From Octopus sinensis (lineage: Eukaryota), in assembly GCF_006345805.1 (NCBI RefSeq), contig NC_043012.1:28768001-28832000 (forward strand): a DNA stretch of 64,000 nt, written 5' to 3'. Made by a program: the position numbers and the translations under genes. The notes under the pieces were generated by a model. That model had not been told where the DNA came from. It did not search any database and saw only the letters and a program-made list of their open reading frames with translations. Positions 39,330 through 51,764 of this stretch are shown here, piece by piece (the first letter of the stretch is position 1; every line of letters starts with the position of its first letter).

Positions 39330-39955
39330 CTCCGCGTCGGTCACCGGAGTGATATTTCATCACTTTATAGAGTGTTTGAGTATCGGTTTGGTATCTGGAA
39401 TGGGATACCTTACCTCATGGGCAGGAGAGAAGCTCTTTAACCTATGAGAAGGAAATCTCCGAAATAAGGCCTGGGAAGATCCTGGTTTTGTTAATATTCA
39501 TGTTACACCGGCGAAAGTCTTCTTGGGCCAATAGGTGGGTCAAGTGCAGTGCAAGCTACACCCACTGGAAATTATTCATCTGCACAGGTACTTCTTGCAC
39601 ACCAAATCTTAGTAAAATTATTGAATTGTTTGGTTGACAGAAACCTAAAAATGCACTTGTAACTTAATCTAAAATGTATCAGATTCAGTAAATGGCAAAA
39701 AAGACTTGGAAACGTCCGGGAAACAGGTATGGCTCGGCAGGTGTCCCAGTGTTTCACAGGCTAGGCCTTGTCGTCATCCTGCCAACTGTGGTCAAACAAT
39801 TTCCAAGACAAAATAAAAATAAACATCCTTTGAATTTTCCTTGTTGGAACGTGCGCACACATCTTGATAATTTCAACAAGAGGCCAGAAAGGCGGACTGC
39901 ACTTATTGCATGTCAGCTTAAGAAATATTCCTTTGATATAGTTGCGCTCTATATA
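39330..39955 (+). mobile_element. RTE-clade LINE 5' UTR and start of endonuclease
   Basis: LNFPCWNVRTHLDNFNKRPERRTALIACQLKKYSFDIVAL matches the WNVRTL..RPERRTAL.A.EL..Y..DI.AL start of RTE/BovB-type APE; UTR extent uncertain. Confidence 0.8.
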
Positions 39956-40002
39956 TAAATGCGTGCATTATATGTATGCGTGCGTGTATATATATATATA
40001 TA

Positions 40003-40396
40003 TTCTCTCTTTTCTCTTTTACTTGTTTCAGTCTTTTGACTGCGGCCATGCTGGAGCACCGCCTTTAGTCGAGCAAATCGACCCCGGGACTTATTCTTTG
40101 TAAGCCCAGTACTTATTCTACCGTCCCTTTTGCCGAACCGCTAAGTGACGGGGACGTAAACACATCAGCATCGGTTGTCAAGCAATACTAGGGGGACAAA
40201 CACAGACAAACACAATCACATACATATATATATATATACATATATACGACAGACTTCTTTCAGTTTCCGTCTACCAAATCCACTCACAAGGCATTGGTCG
40301 GCCCGGGGCTATAGCAGAAGACACCTGCCCAAGATGCCACGCAGTGGGACTGAACCCGGAACCATGTGGTTGGTTAGCAAGCTACTTACCACACAG
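40003..40396 (-). mobile_element. SINE family B, near full length
   Basis: High similarity to 38780..39187. Confidence 0.92.
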
Positions 40397-41599
40397 ATAT
40401 TAATCAAATTAATATTCAGTTTGGAATATTAATGGAGGTGCCGTAGCATCTGTGCACCCCCATAAATACATAGATACATATGCATAAACAAATATACACA
40501 CACACTCACATACATGTAGAAATAGAGGAGAGTAGAATTTACATGGCTAAATTCATTGTAACGTTGGATTATTTCAACGTGTAATGTGGTTTTCAGGGGG
40601 GGCATGCAGTAAACCAAAGGTGATTCATTCCCAATGAATATTTATCTGAAAAGGTCATAATCGCAATCTTGCCTTGTGTACGAAGCTCATCTGTTTCCTT
40701 CCTGTCTCATTTTTATTTATAAATGTTGTGGATATATTGCCTAACATTAAATTTTCGGCAGAGGAAAATCAGGAGCTGCTCGGTAGGAAGCGACTGGGAG
40801 GAGAGATTATAAATGCGATAACATATAAATAAACTGGAAATATATAGAAGAAGATTAGGTAGCCATATTGCATACGCTTTATAGATGGAATTGTTATGTT
40901 AATATTCTATGATTTCTTAGAATATCGCCGGAAAATTCTAAAGAAAAGTAATAAAACATAGTACGGTGAAAGTAAAATTACCAAGGAGACAAGGACCAAC
41001 ACCAGTACGAACACTACAATCCCACCACGACCACCACCAAAAGAAAAACACCTCAAATAATAGAGGAAAAGGATAAATGCAGACAAAAGGAAAATTAACA
41101 AGAACGTAAAAGATTATAAGTAATAATAATAGCATTGAATAGTGTAGTAGTCGAAAGACGCAAAACAATATTAGTTGATGCGTAACTTCTCTCTAGCTTG
41201 TCAATTTATTTTCTTTTTATTAAATATAACACCAGCTCGGTAATAAATAGCTGATCAAACAAGAATCTTAATGAGGAAAGCTGCGGCATGTTTCCAAAAC
41301 GCCAATCGAAATTAATTCACCTGACTAATTCTCTTGGAAAAGGTATGAAACATTACCCAACATGTGGTCTTGATATCAGTATCTAAAACAAAAATTGAAA
41401 ATGACCTAAATTAAAAGATAAATTCTCTGAAATTGAAGCCTATGAGGTTGCAGCTTATACTATTAATCCGTTTAAGAAAGGTACGAATACCGAATCTTCT
41501 CTTCCTTTAATAAGTAGGGTGTTTATAACTAATTGCTCGCATCACATCTTTTTCATAGTGAAAACCTAGTCGTCAATTTTATATATATATTTTTTCGTC

Positions 41600-41828
41600 G
41601 CCCTTTTCAAGCCTTGCCAGGCTTATGGACCCGGTTTCCCGGTTTCTGTGGCGTATGCCCCCCCCCCCAGCTGGACGGGACGCCAGTCCATCCCAGCGTT
41701 ACTCAAGAAACAGGAAGAAAGACTGAGAGTGAAAGAGAAGGTTGTGGCGAAAGAGTACAGCAGGGATCACCAAATCCTGCCGGAGCCTCATGGAGCTTTT
41801 AGGTGTTTTCGCTCAATAAACACAAACA
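41600..41828 (-). mobile_element. SINE family A2, lacking tRNA head
   Basis: cagctggacgggacgccagtccatc..gagagtgaaagagaaggttgtggcgaaagagt..aggtgttttcgctca is the reverse of 10735..10930. Confidence 0.8.
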
Positions 41829-41852
41829 ATATATATATATATATATATATAT

Positions 41853-42060
41853 TCTTTTGTCTTTTATTTGTTTCAGTAATTTGAGTGCGGCCATGCTAGG
41901 ACACCACCTTTAGTCGCACAAATCGACCCCAGGACATAATCTTTGTAAGCCTAGTACTAGTTCTCTCAGTGTCTTTTGCCGAACCGCTAAGTTACGGGGA
42001 CGCAAACACACCAATATCGATTGTCAAGCGATGGTGGGGGGACAAACACAGACACACAAA
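41853..42060 (-). mobile_element. SINE family B 3' half
   Basis: gcggccatgctagg..tttagtcg..aaatcgacccc..ttttgccgaaccgctaagttacgggga. Confidence 0.85.
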
Positions 42061-42149
42061 TACATACCTATTTACATGCACATACATACATACACACACA
42101 CACTCACACATACACACACACAGACACACACATATATATATACATACAT

Positions 42150-42295
42150 ATAAAAAGACAAAACAAAAAATGGAACAAGAACGTAACAGGTGACAAAACA
42201 TTCAGACAGTTCGACGATACAAAAAAGGACAGGAAAAAACAAGGACGGGTCATTTGGAGCTTTCAATCTTTAGTCGAGTACCGGTTACTCTCTAA
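42150..42295. repeat. Monomer of the family that forms the 30.7-kb fold-back
   Basis: ggaacaagaacgtaacaggtgacaaaacattcagacagttcgacgatac..gtcatttggagctttc. Confidence 0.75.
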
Positions 42296-42379
42296 GACGG
42301 CTTTAATCTGGCCGGCCCCAAGAAAATCTAAGCTAAGAGCACTATATATATATGTGTGGTAGGGATGTATAAATATATA

Positions 42380-43571
42380 CAGGGGTTGGACAAAATAATG
42401 GAAACACCTAGCATCATAGCATCATAATTTTCAAATATCTATAAAACCATCAAAAGCTTGTTTATTTTTATGTTTTTTATTTATTATTGGTGTTGCTTAA
42501 TATGTTTTGCTAAAATTGCTGGGTTTTTTTCCAGATATCATCAGAAAAAGGTAATTAAAATTCATTATAATGACAGATCTATCGGACTTTCAAAGAGCTC
42601 AAATTGTCGGTACTCGTATGGCAGACGCTAGCGTAACAAAAACAGCCGAAATGTTTGATGTATCAAGAAGTACTATCTCGAAAGTAATAACACCCTTTGA
42701 GAAAGAGAGGAAAACCTCCTCATCGAAATAAAACTCCGGAAGAAAACCAAAAACATTCAGATAGGAACCGTCGGACTCTTACGCGAATTTTTAGAAAGGA
42801 TCATGCACAAAGCCGGATTTCACGGGAGGGCTGCAATCAGAAGACCACTACTTTCAAAAATAAACCTTCCAAAGCGTTTAGAGTAGAGTAAAAAATCTGC
42901 AGAATTGGTCCCCAGTGCAGTGGAATAATGTTATTTTCTCGAACGAGTCATCCTTTACCTTATTTCCGACCACCGACCGAGTATACGTGTGGTGACAACC
43001 AAAAGAAGCATTTGATCAAGACTGCCTTCTTCCTAATGTTAAACATGGAGGAGGATCTGTGAAGATCGGGGGTGGTGCTATATCCTGGAAATCCGCCAGC
43101 CCAATGGTTTCCCTTTATGGCAGAATTAATAGTCAAGCCTATTTAAGCATTTTATCTGGTGAAATTCATCCTATGGTTGTGGAACTGTTTCCGGTAGGAA
43201 ACGCAGTCTTTCAGGATGATAATGCACCAATTCACACAGCTAAAGTTGTTACTGAATGGCACGAGGAACATTGTAGTGAAGTTGAACATCTTATCTGGCC
43301 ACCACAGTCCCCAGATCTCAATATTATTGAACATTTCTGGTGCCTTTTAGAAAAACAAGTAAGGAGTCGATACCCACCACCATCATCACTACAAGAACTG
43401 GGGACTGTTTTAGCTGAAGAATAGAGAAAAATATCTTTGGAAACAATTCAAATTTTGTAAGAATCCATACCGCGTAGAATTCGAGCTATAATTACTGCCA
43501 AAGGTTGTCCTACCCCATATTAAAATAAATTTGTTTGAAATTTTAAGATATTTCATTATTTTGTCCAACCC

Positions 43572-43574
<3 letters not shown>
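42380..43574 (+). mobile_element. Tc1/mariner DNA transposon with both TIRs and TA target duplication; transposase pseudogene 42570..43523
   Basis: 21-bp perfect TIR caggggttggacaaaataatg, TA on both sides; MTDLSDFQRAQIVG HTH; VIFSNES (D>N), VFQDDNAPIH, WPPQSPDLNIIE; stops and an internal deletion. Confidence 0.97.
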
Positions 43575-43642
<68 letters not shown>

Positions 43643-43668
43643 TAAGTCAATATTACCACACCGCCAGT

Positions 43669-43708
<40 letters not shown>

Positions 43709-44733
43709 TATCTTATGATAAAAGGCAGATTTTCTCTGCCTATTCCCATGTTTCTTTTTAATACAATTCTACAATATAGAATTTCTTCAATTGGAATTTA
43801 CCTATGATTTTTCGAAGTAGATTCGATTGGGTCATGGCATAAAAAGTTTTTTTCAATTTGACCCCCAATTAAGCAAAAATTCGAGAAAACTCAATATTTT
43901 ACGATTTGCCTCTCTCATTTCAAGTGGTTTACTCCTGTTATTACCACCACACTTTCTCCTACTTTCTCTTTGCAAGTGTGAAACTATTAAAGTGAAAGTA
44001 TTATATAACAGGGATGAGCCAATAATAGTGGTCATCCTTTTTGCTAGAGGAAGATCCGCTATGGTCTCATATGCTACACCACTGATTTTCAATTCATATT
44101 AATCAAATTAATATTCAATTTTTCACCCTTATTATGTGTGTGTGTGTGTGTATTAGCAATTCGTATAAAATTGCATCAATGACTTGAACTTGAATAAGTG
44201 GTTTCACATAAATGGGGATAAATTAAATAGGTTTGTTGTTATTATTATTACTGTTTGACTATTGTAATCACATTTGTTGGTTCCTCGTCAGGGAAACGTT
44301 GTTGTGTTCCATTTGTTAAATAATTGTAAACCGTAACCCTCCCTCTTTCGGAGAAGGGGCTTTGGTTATTGTTTCAAAATTGAATTGTGTCCCTGTTTGT
44401 GGAAATTGACAATATTTTCACCGTCTTTACGGAAGCATTTTTGTTAAAATGCCTTCGATAGAAGAAAGTCCAAAATTGAATTTCGCTGCAGCCGTACACG
44501 AGGGAGGACAAGATCCAATTGATCGAAATTGCAAGAGACGGGCCTACAATTCCAGTCTGTTATATATTTTGAGTATTGTTATCACTAGCGATATCAAGAT
44601 ATAACTTTGTATTTTGTATTTTATGTGTAGATGTATATATATAGATGTACATGTAATATGTACACATATATATACACATATATACATGCATAATATATCT
44701 ACCCACACACACATACGCACACACACATACATA

Positions 44734-44875
44734 GGGGCAGGTGTGGCTGTGTGGTAACAAACTACGTTCCAAACACATGGTCCTGGGTTCAGTCCCACTG
44801 TGTGATGACTTGGCATGTGTCTTCTGCTGTAGCTTCAGACCAACAAAAGCCTTCTCAGTGGATTTTGTACGTATA
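44734..44875 (+). mobile_element. SINE family B 5' half, degenerate
   Basis: gtgtggctgtgtggtaac..cacatggtcctgggttcagtcccactg. Confidence 0.8.
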
Positions 44876-44949
44876 TACAGGCATACATACATATATATAC
44901 TTGCATACGTACATATTCGGCATAAACACTCTACCACTACAACTAATAA

Positions 44950-46794
44950 CTGTTGGGAACACTTTCAAACCTGCCTTACATTCGAACCGGAATCTCAGAA
45001 ACATTGTCCCCTTCAGCGCCATGCTCAACTGTTCTATCCTGACATGGAGGGTATCAGCAATGAAATCTATAACAAAACACTCATTGACGTTGAAGACAGA
45101 ATTTCTGAACTGGGTGGAAATGAATTGTCGACGTATGGCCTGCCACAAGCATTCACGTCAGGGTCAAATAGCCTTCCCACTGCTGTCATACGTGAAACAA
45201 CCTACGACACTCAAGCGCTTTCAAAGTACATTGTTGAAAATGAGCCTAAATTACTTCCGGACCAGCTGCAGGCCTACAGAACCATTCTTAACAGTGTACG
45301 CCAACGCGAGGGACGAATCTTCTTCCTCGATGCTCTTGGAGGGACAGGAAAAAACATTTATTACAAAGGTTCTCCTTGCAGAAGTTAGGTAGCATCAGGA
45401 CATTGCAGTAGCTGTAGCCTCCTCTGGCATTGCAGCTACTTTGTTACCCGGTGGCAGGACAGCACACTCAACTTTTAAACTCCCTCTCAATTTAGCAGCA
45501 TCCGAAATGCCTTCATGCAACATCAACAAAAACTCAAATCAGGGACAAGTACTTAAAATGTGTTATGTAATTGTCTGGGATGAGTGCACTATGGCTCACA
45601 AGGGAGCTTTGGAAGCATTAGACAGAGCCCTGAAAGACATCCGAGACTGTCAAGCTCCAATGGGAGGTGTAACGCTTCTGTTGTCAGGTGATTTCAGGCA
45701 AACTCTTCCTGTCATTCCGAAAGGCATTAGAGCTGATGAAGTTCAAGCATGCCTAAAGTCCTCTACCCTGTGGCATCATGTTACAATCTTTAGTCTCACC
45801 ACTAACATGAGAGCTCAGCTACACGGCGACAAAATGTCCACAAAGTTTGCACAGGACATTTTGACACTTGGTGAAGGCAAGATGCCTCTCGATGCTGCAG
45901 GACAAATGGAAGTGTGGTCACTTTCCTCTGTTGTTAATTCTGTAGATGACCTCAAAAACAAAGTCTTTCCCAACTTCACACAAAAGTACCAAAATCACAA
46001 TTGGCTGTGTGAAAGAGCAATATTAGCTCCAAAAAACGTCGCTGTTAACAAAATTAATCAACAGCTAATGCATTCTCTTCCCGGCACTATACACACTTAC
46101 AAGTCTGTTGATACAATTCCAGATATAAATGAAGTTGTGAACTATCCTCCTGAATTTCTCAATTCACTGGAGCCTCCTCGACTACCTCCACACATATTAC
46201 CACTTAAAGTTGGAACTCCTGTAATGCTACTCCGCAATCTGGAACCACCAAGACTTTGCAATGGAACACGACTGGTGATAAAGAAAATGATATTACACGT
46301 TATCGAGGCGATCATTCTTTCTGGATGTGGAAAAGGTGATGACGTCTTTATTCCAAGATTTCCTCTTACTCCATCAAGAGCAGAAATTCCATTTACATTC
46401 AGAAGACTGCAATTCCCCCTTCGTGTCAGCTTTGCCATGTCCATTAACAAATCTCAGAGTCAAACCCTCTCTGTAGCTGGTCTTCTCTTGGAAGAGCCCT
46501 GCTTCTCACATAGGCAACTGTATGTTGGCTGCTCAACAGTAAGAACCAAAAGAAACCTTTTTGTATATGCTCCACAAGGAAAAACAAGGAACATTGTTTA
46601 CAACGAGGTGTTATAATCTCAACAGCCAGGAGGTATATACATGATCCCCTTTTTTTTAACAAACTTCATGTACTTTCATGTATTTATATTAACATACATA
46701 TATTTGTGTGTGTGTGTGTGTACCCATATATATATAACAGAAAAGTCTAATTCTTCTATTGAATGTAACCGGGCAACGCCGGGTATCTCTGCTA

Positions 46795-46795
<1 letters not shown>
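44950..46795 (+). mobile_element. Helitron 3' half: PIF1-family helicase and canonical 3' end
   Basis: FFLDALGGTGK, SSGIAATLLPGGRTAHSTFKLP, IVWDECTM, GDFRQTLPV, LCNGTRL, QFPLRVSFAMSINKSQ, stop at 46616; hairpin accgggcaacgccgggt 46768..46784, CTAG 46792..46795 followed by T. Confidence 0.97.
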
Positions 46796-46845
<50 letters not shown>

Positions 46846-46928
46846 CACATACTTATATATACATATATATACATACATATACATATATATACATACACAC
46901 ATATATATACGTACACACACACACACAT

Positions 46929-46988
<60 letters not shown>
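46796..46988. repeat. (AT)n/(CA)n microsatellite
   Basis: Immediately follows the Helitron CTAG. Confidence 0.95.
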
Positions 46989-47153
46989 TTTTAGAGAAAG
47001 TCCCTTGACTTTACAGTTTGACCATGTAAGCTGGCTTGATTTTACCCTTTGAGAGAAACGAAACTTCTTGCGTAAATTGGAGGGCAGAGGATAAAAAAAC
47101 TACAAAACAGGAGCAAATGGGAAAACTTCCAAAACTAAAATTTTAGTTGCAAA

Positions 47154-47240
47154 TACCCCAGCCACCACGATCATATCTGGCCGATATCGGATGAACAGCG
47201 GGATATCGGTAATCTTTTGCCGATATCGACCCGTCATCCA
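47154..47240 (+). other. Candidate DNA-transposon terminus with repeated GATATC palindromes
   Basis: ta-ccccagccaccacgat then GATATC at 47183, 47202 and 47222 (CCGATATCGG is perfect); matching right end not found. Confidence 0.35.
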
Positions 47241-48298
47241 TTACGACATCAAAACGGAGTTATTTTACGTTTTGCAATTCTCATTGTCCGTTCTTTTTAC
47301 TACTATCATCGTCCATGTAGAAAAAAATTGTATTTGTAGCAGTGTTGCTTTTTTTTAACAGTACTCCAATACCGGGTGGACGTTGGATTGCTGTCATACT
47401 GCAGTTGGACATGGAATATCCTTGTGTTCCAAGCAGGGACAGGGGAAGCAACTCAAAATGTAATCCATATATTTCCACATCGAAAGCAGGGAAATTAATA
47501 CCCCTGTCGTAAAAAACACGTGATTTATCTAGTGTCATAAATAAGACTAAAAACGCTTTTAAATTTTGGCAATTCAATATAACGTATGGGAAAATTTATA
47601 GTCTTTCAACTTCAGAAATCGTATGTTTCAGCGCAGAATAGTGCGCGTCGTTTTCAAAACTTGGGTCCAAACCGACACACATTTAATTTAATGTATGGTA
47701 AAATGGGATGAAAAGGATTATGGTGTTTACATTTTATAGCAAATTACTGAGTAGTTATCAACATTTGACAGATTATTCGTTTTGATGCGTCTAACCAAAA
47801 CCAAACGAACATAAACCTACCACGGCTCAAAACATATTTCATATTTCTCAATGAAACCCTACAGAAATGGAGAGTTATAGATAGCCTGTCTACAGATTTC
47901 AAACAGAGTTCTTTAATAATTAGTATAACTAGAGAATCCCTTTTAGAAGTTCGTTTGTTTTATGTCTTGAAGTTTATCAACATATCTGACAGCTAGGATC
48001 CCCCCATGTTTGCTGAATTTATTATTCACATTGGAAATGGTTCTGAATATTAGTTCCCAAAGACACCCATGTAAAACTCCGAGTCCCCACTCACCATCCA
48101 CCTTTCATTTTACATGAAAGTGCAGGTAGGCTGTCAGACATGTCCATAAATAGCAGTACAAGTTTGAGGCTCATAAGCATTTGTATGAGTTGCAATGTGT
48201 TCTAAGGCTATGTATTGACAAACAAATATCCACGTTATTCACTGTGTGAGGGGAAATACATGTAATTCCCTGTATATTTTTCATTTCATTTTGTACAG

Positions 48299-49550
48299 GG
48301 CACCAGTTGTCTCAGATGACGAGGATGATGATTCTGAATATCAAAACCGGACGCTTCAAAAGCCACATCCTGTCGTTCAGTTTCCAAAAAAGAGAGCATC
48401 TCAACCCCACTTGTCTTCTCCAGAGCCAAGTAGATAACCACAACCAACTGACATTCACAATACGCCAAAAGAAAGAAGTGCATATGTAGCTCCTCGCAAC
48501 TTGTCGGGAAAATCTTAACAGTTGTTGAATGGTAAGTCAATATTATATCATCGGTAGACCTTAGGATATGTGGAAAATGGTTTCAAATTTATTTATAAAC
48601 AGAAAAATAAAACATTTTGTGTTTGAAAGCAGTTCTTGAGATCATTCCATGGAGAACCATGTTTGAAATGTATGCTTTCACTCTGATCCATAATTACAGT
48701 GCTTAAGAAATAATTGGCAGGTAAATGAGGGTAGAGTCAAAAGAAAAACACATTTTCAAGAATTTTATCAATTTAACCTATCTTGTTTCAAAAGTATTAC
48801 TTAAAAACAATAAATCGCATAAATCCTCCTAACTGGTCTGTTGATATTTATGTGAAGATATCATAAGTTTTAGCTTCAGATAGCCACAATGTTCCCGCGT
48901 CAGATGTTTTCTCTTTTGGGTGAAGAGGTACAAAAACTTCGCTTGTAGTAGCGTGAAGAATATAATACTGTAATATTAACTTTGGTGTCTTTTACTATTC
49001 TAGAGGCCTTAGGGGCACTGAAACAAGGTGCCACTTCCCTGTTAAATAGATATAATAATTACCCTTTCTGGAAAATGAAACCCCTACCCCTAATCACGGC
49101 AAACTAGAAAAGGCAAATAAATATTAGTGTTATACTAGACCTTATATAAGGCCACAGATAGTTGATTATTGGTTTAGCGATTTCTCCGATTCCAGAAAGC
49201 AACTGTGAAATGAGATTATTGTAGATTATGTATTATTTTCAGTATATCTGTAAACTAGTAGCGTCATATTCAGCAAGTATTTCGTAACTCCACTCTCCTT
49301 TTTTTTTCTATGTTCAATTTCAGTTCGGAATCAGCGGGTATTCACCGCAATTGAAAAAATTCCAGAGGACCAGTCCCAGCAGAGGGAAATGCTGCAGTCT
49401 ATACTTCAGCTAATTCAAAATATTCCATCTTCATCCGCCATTTCAGGGACAAGAAATCCCCCCAACACAATTCATTTCCCTTGTGAGAGTGAAGAGGATG
49501 TTGAGGCTTTGGAAGCTGAGTTAAGTGATGGTGCCGTTCAAAATAACATG
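48299..49550 (+). pseudogene. Two frame-compatible exons (48299..48531, 49324..49550) of a spliced pseudogene resembling DUF4806-type transposon accessory proteins
   Basis: Pyrimidine-AG acceptors, two GTAAGT donors, phase-1 junction joins G/TT in frame; exon 1 has TAA at 48435 and 48516; exon 2 is open: RNQRVFTAIEKIPEDQSQQREMLQSILQLIQ..FPCESEEDVEALEAELSD. Confidence 0.6.
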
Positions 49551-49919
49551 GTAAGTTGTACATTTTACATTTTCATGGTTTTACCTGCTAGTTCATTAAT
49601 AACCTTTCTGCTCCTCTCTAACTGATCTGTCTACTTAGATGTGACTATTGCTTCCTTCATTCTTCACATGCGTGTTTCCATATTACACACACACACCAAA
49701 GAAACTCACACCCATCATTGTGTACTCATCTCGGTACTCATAACCTCAGATTCGGTTTGTTTTGAATGTATAGTAATTAAAGATATTTAAGTGCATCAAC
49801 CTGATATTAAGTTGAAATGATTATTTAAGGTTCCAGCGGGAACCTCAGAAAGTAACATGGGGCTTGTATAATGTGGTTTACTAGTTCTATTTTACTGGTA
49901 AAATAAGGTAAGTCAACCA

Positions 49920-50325
49920 TTGGCAGTTGGACATCATATGCATAAACAATTTAGCAAGTGGACATCATATGCATAAACAATTTGGCAAGTGGACATCATA
50001 TGCATAAACAATTTGGCAAGTGGACATCATATGCATAAACAATTTGGCAAGTGGACATCATATGCATAAACAATTTGGCAAGTGGACATCATATGCATAA
50101 ACAATTTGGCAAGTGGACATCATATGCATAAACAATTTGGCAAGTGGACATCATATGCATAAACAATTTGGCAAGTGGACATCATATGCATAAACAATTT
50201 GGCAAGTGGACATCATATGCATAAACAATTTGGCAAGTGGACATCATATGCATAAACAATTTGGCAAGTGGACATCATATGCATAAACAATTTGGCAAGT
50301 GGACATCATATGCATAAACAATTTG
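49920..50325. repeat. Minisatellite, 13 x 31 bp
   Basis: Unit ggcaagtggacatcatatgcataaacaattt; internal copies identical, first two slightly divergent. Confidence 0.98.
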
Positions 50326-50677
50326 CAAAACTTGATCCTATTTGTATGTTGTCACTGTTTGTCACAAAATGACCTACATGCTAAAATTGACGTTGTGCAC
50401 CATTGCGGAATGTTTTTACATTTTCCGGGGTGTTTTTGTGACTGTTTTTGAACAGTTCCGCAGTGGGATTTTTTTGTAGTTTGTTGATGAGTTAATTATT
50501 ATTGGCATTCACAGCCATAATGTTATTGTCCAGTTTGGTGTGGAAAGGGAAGGATGTGTGTGTCTTGTGTATATGTAGGTTTTTTTAAATACCCATCCCC
50601 TCCATCCTATGACAAGACGTGAAATTAAATTGTTTCGCGCATGCATAGAATTATAGAATGGCAGACGAAAAAAAGTA

Positions 50678-50830
50678 TCACTTAGCGGTTCGGCAAAAAG
50701 AGACCGATAGAATAAGTACTGGGCTTACAAAAGAATAAGTCCCGGGGTCGAGTTGCTCGATTAAAGGCGGTGCTCCAGCATGGCCGCAGTCAAATGACTG
50801 AAACAAGTAAAAGAGAGTAAAAAGAGAGTA
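50678..50830 (+). mobile_element. SINE family B 3' half
   Basis: tcacttagcggttcggcaaaaagagaccgatagaataagtactgggc..gaaacaagtaaaagagag. Confidence 0.9.
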
Positions 50831-51545
50831 TCTAAACAGAAAACCTGACATGCCAGAAACACATTTTCAAAATTTCAATTCGAATTACCAAAGAAGAAAT
50901 TAACCTCAACAACAACATGTTCATCATGGAGAAAACACTTTAAATTCACTTCTTGTCATAAGGTGGAGGGGACGGGCGTTGTTTATTTTATTTATTTATT
51001 TATTTTGTTTTTTCTTGAAAAATTGAAATTTTACAGATTTTTTTCAGAACCATAATCTCCGTATTTTTCCTCAAACAATTTTTAAAAAAAGTGAAATTTC
51101 AAGAAATTTAAGGAGAGGTGGGGGTGAGGGGGGGGGGTAAATTTTGAAATGCAGATTCTTTTGCAGATTCGGAATCTCCACCCTCGATATAGTGTGTTCC
51201 TGTAAAAAGAAAACAAAAAAAAAATCGCAAAGGGGCTGCGGTCCCTGATTCGCCAATATATGTATATATATATGATACTAGGAGAGATAATCGAGGTTGC
51301 TTGGGATTAAGATGGTATAGTATTTTATTGTTTAACTTGATTTGGGCCCGTAACTGTCGTAACTGTGGCCATACCGGAGCACCGCATTTAGTCGCGGTTT
51401 GTTTTGCTAAACTACGAGGACGTAAACGCAGCAACATTGGTTGTCAAGCAATGGTGGGGGTGCAAGCACACAGACACAGGCAAACACAGACACACACACA
51501 CACAAACTCACATACCTATATATATATATATATATATATAGTGAC

Positions 51546-51764
51546 AAACTCGTAAAAAAGGCACACCACCTAAGTCTAGATATAAATTCGCTGGTCTTAT
51601 GCAGGAGAGTTTCCATGTATAAGTTCTTCGATGGAATAGGAATATTCCTGGTAGAAATTCCCAAGTATTGTTTCTCCATTATATCCAATCTGTATTGTAG
51701 AGCTCCTAAGAGTCGAATAAATATTTATATCCAGACTTAGGTGGCGTGCCTTTTTTACGAGTTT
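51546..51764 (-). mobile_element. Penelope-like N-terminal coding fragment with a 42-bp inverted duplication
   Basis: STRNIPIPSKNLYMETLLHKTSEFISRLRWCAFF; arms 51546..51587 and 51723..51764 differ at two positions. Confidence 0.8.

Noticed and set aside
39330-39560. HDV-like ribozyme expected at an RTE 5' end
   Set aside because: Only two simple hairpins are seen; the nested double pseudoknot could not be built by eye
44200-44300. Minus-strand CTGACGA hammerhead candidate near 44290
   Set aside because: No pairing stem II or correctly placed GAAAC..NUH could be found
49920-50325. CRISPR-like array
   Set aside because: Units are contiguous with no unique spacers, there are no cas genes, and the context is eukaryotic
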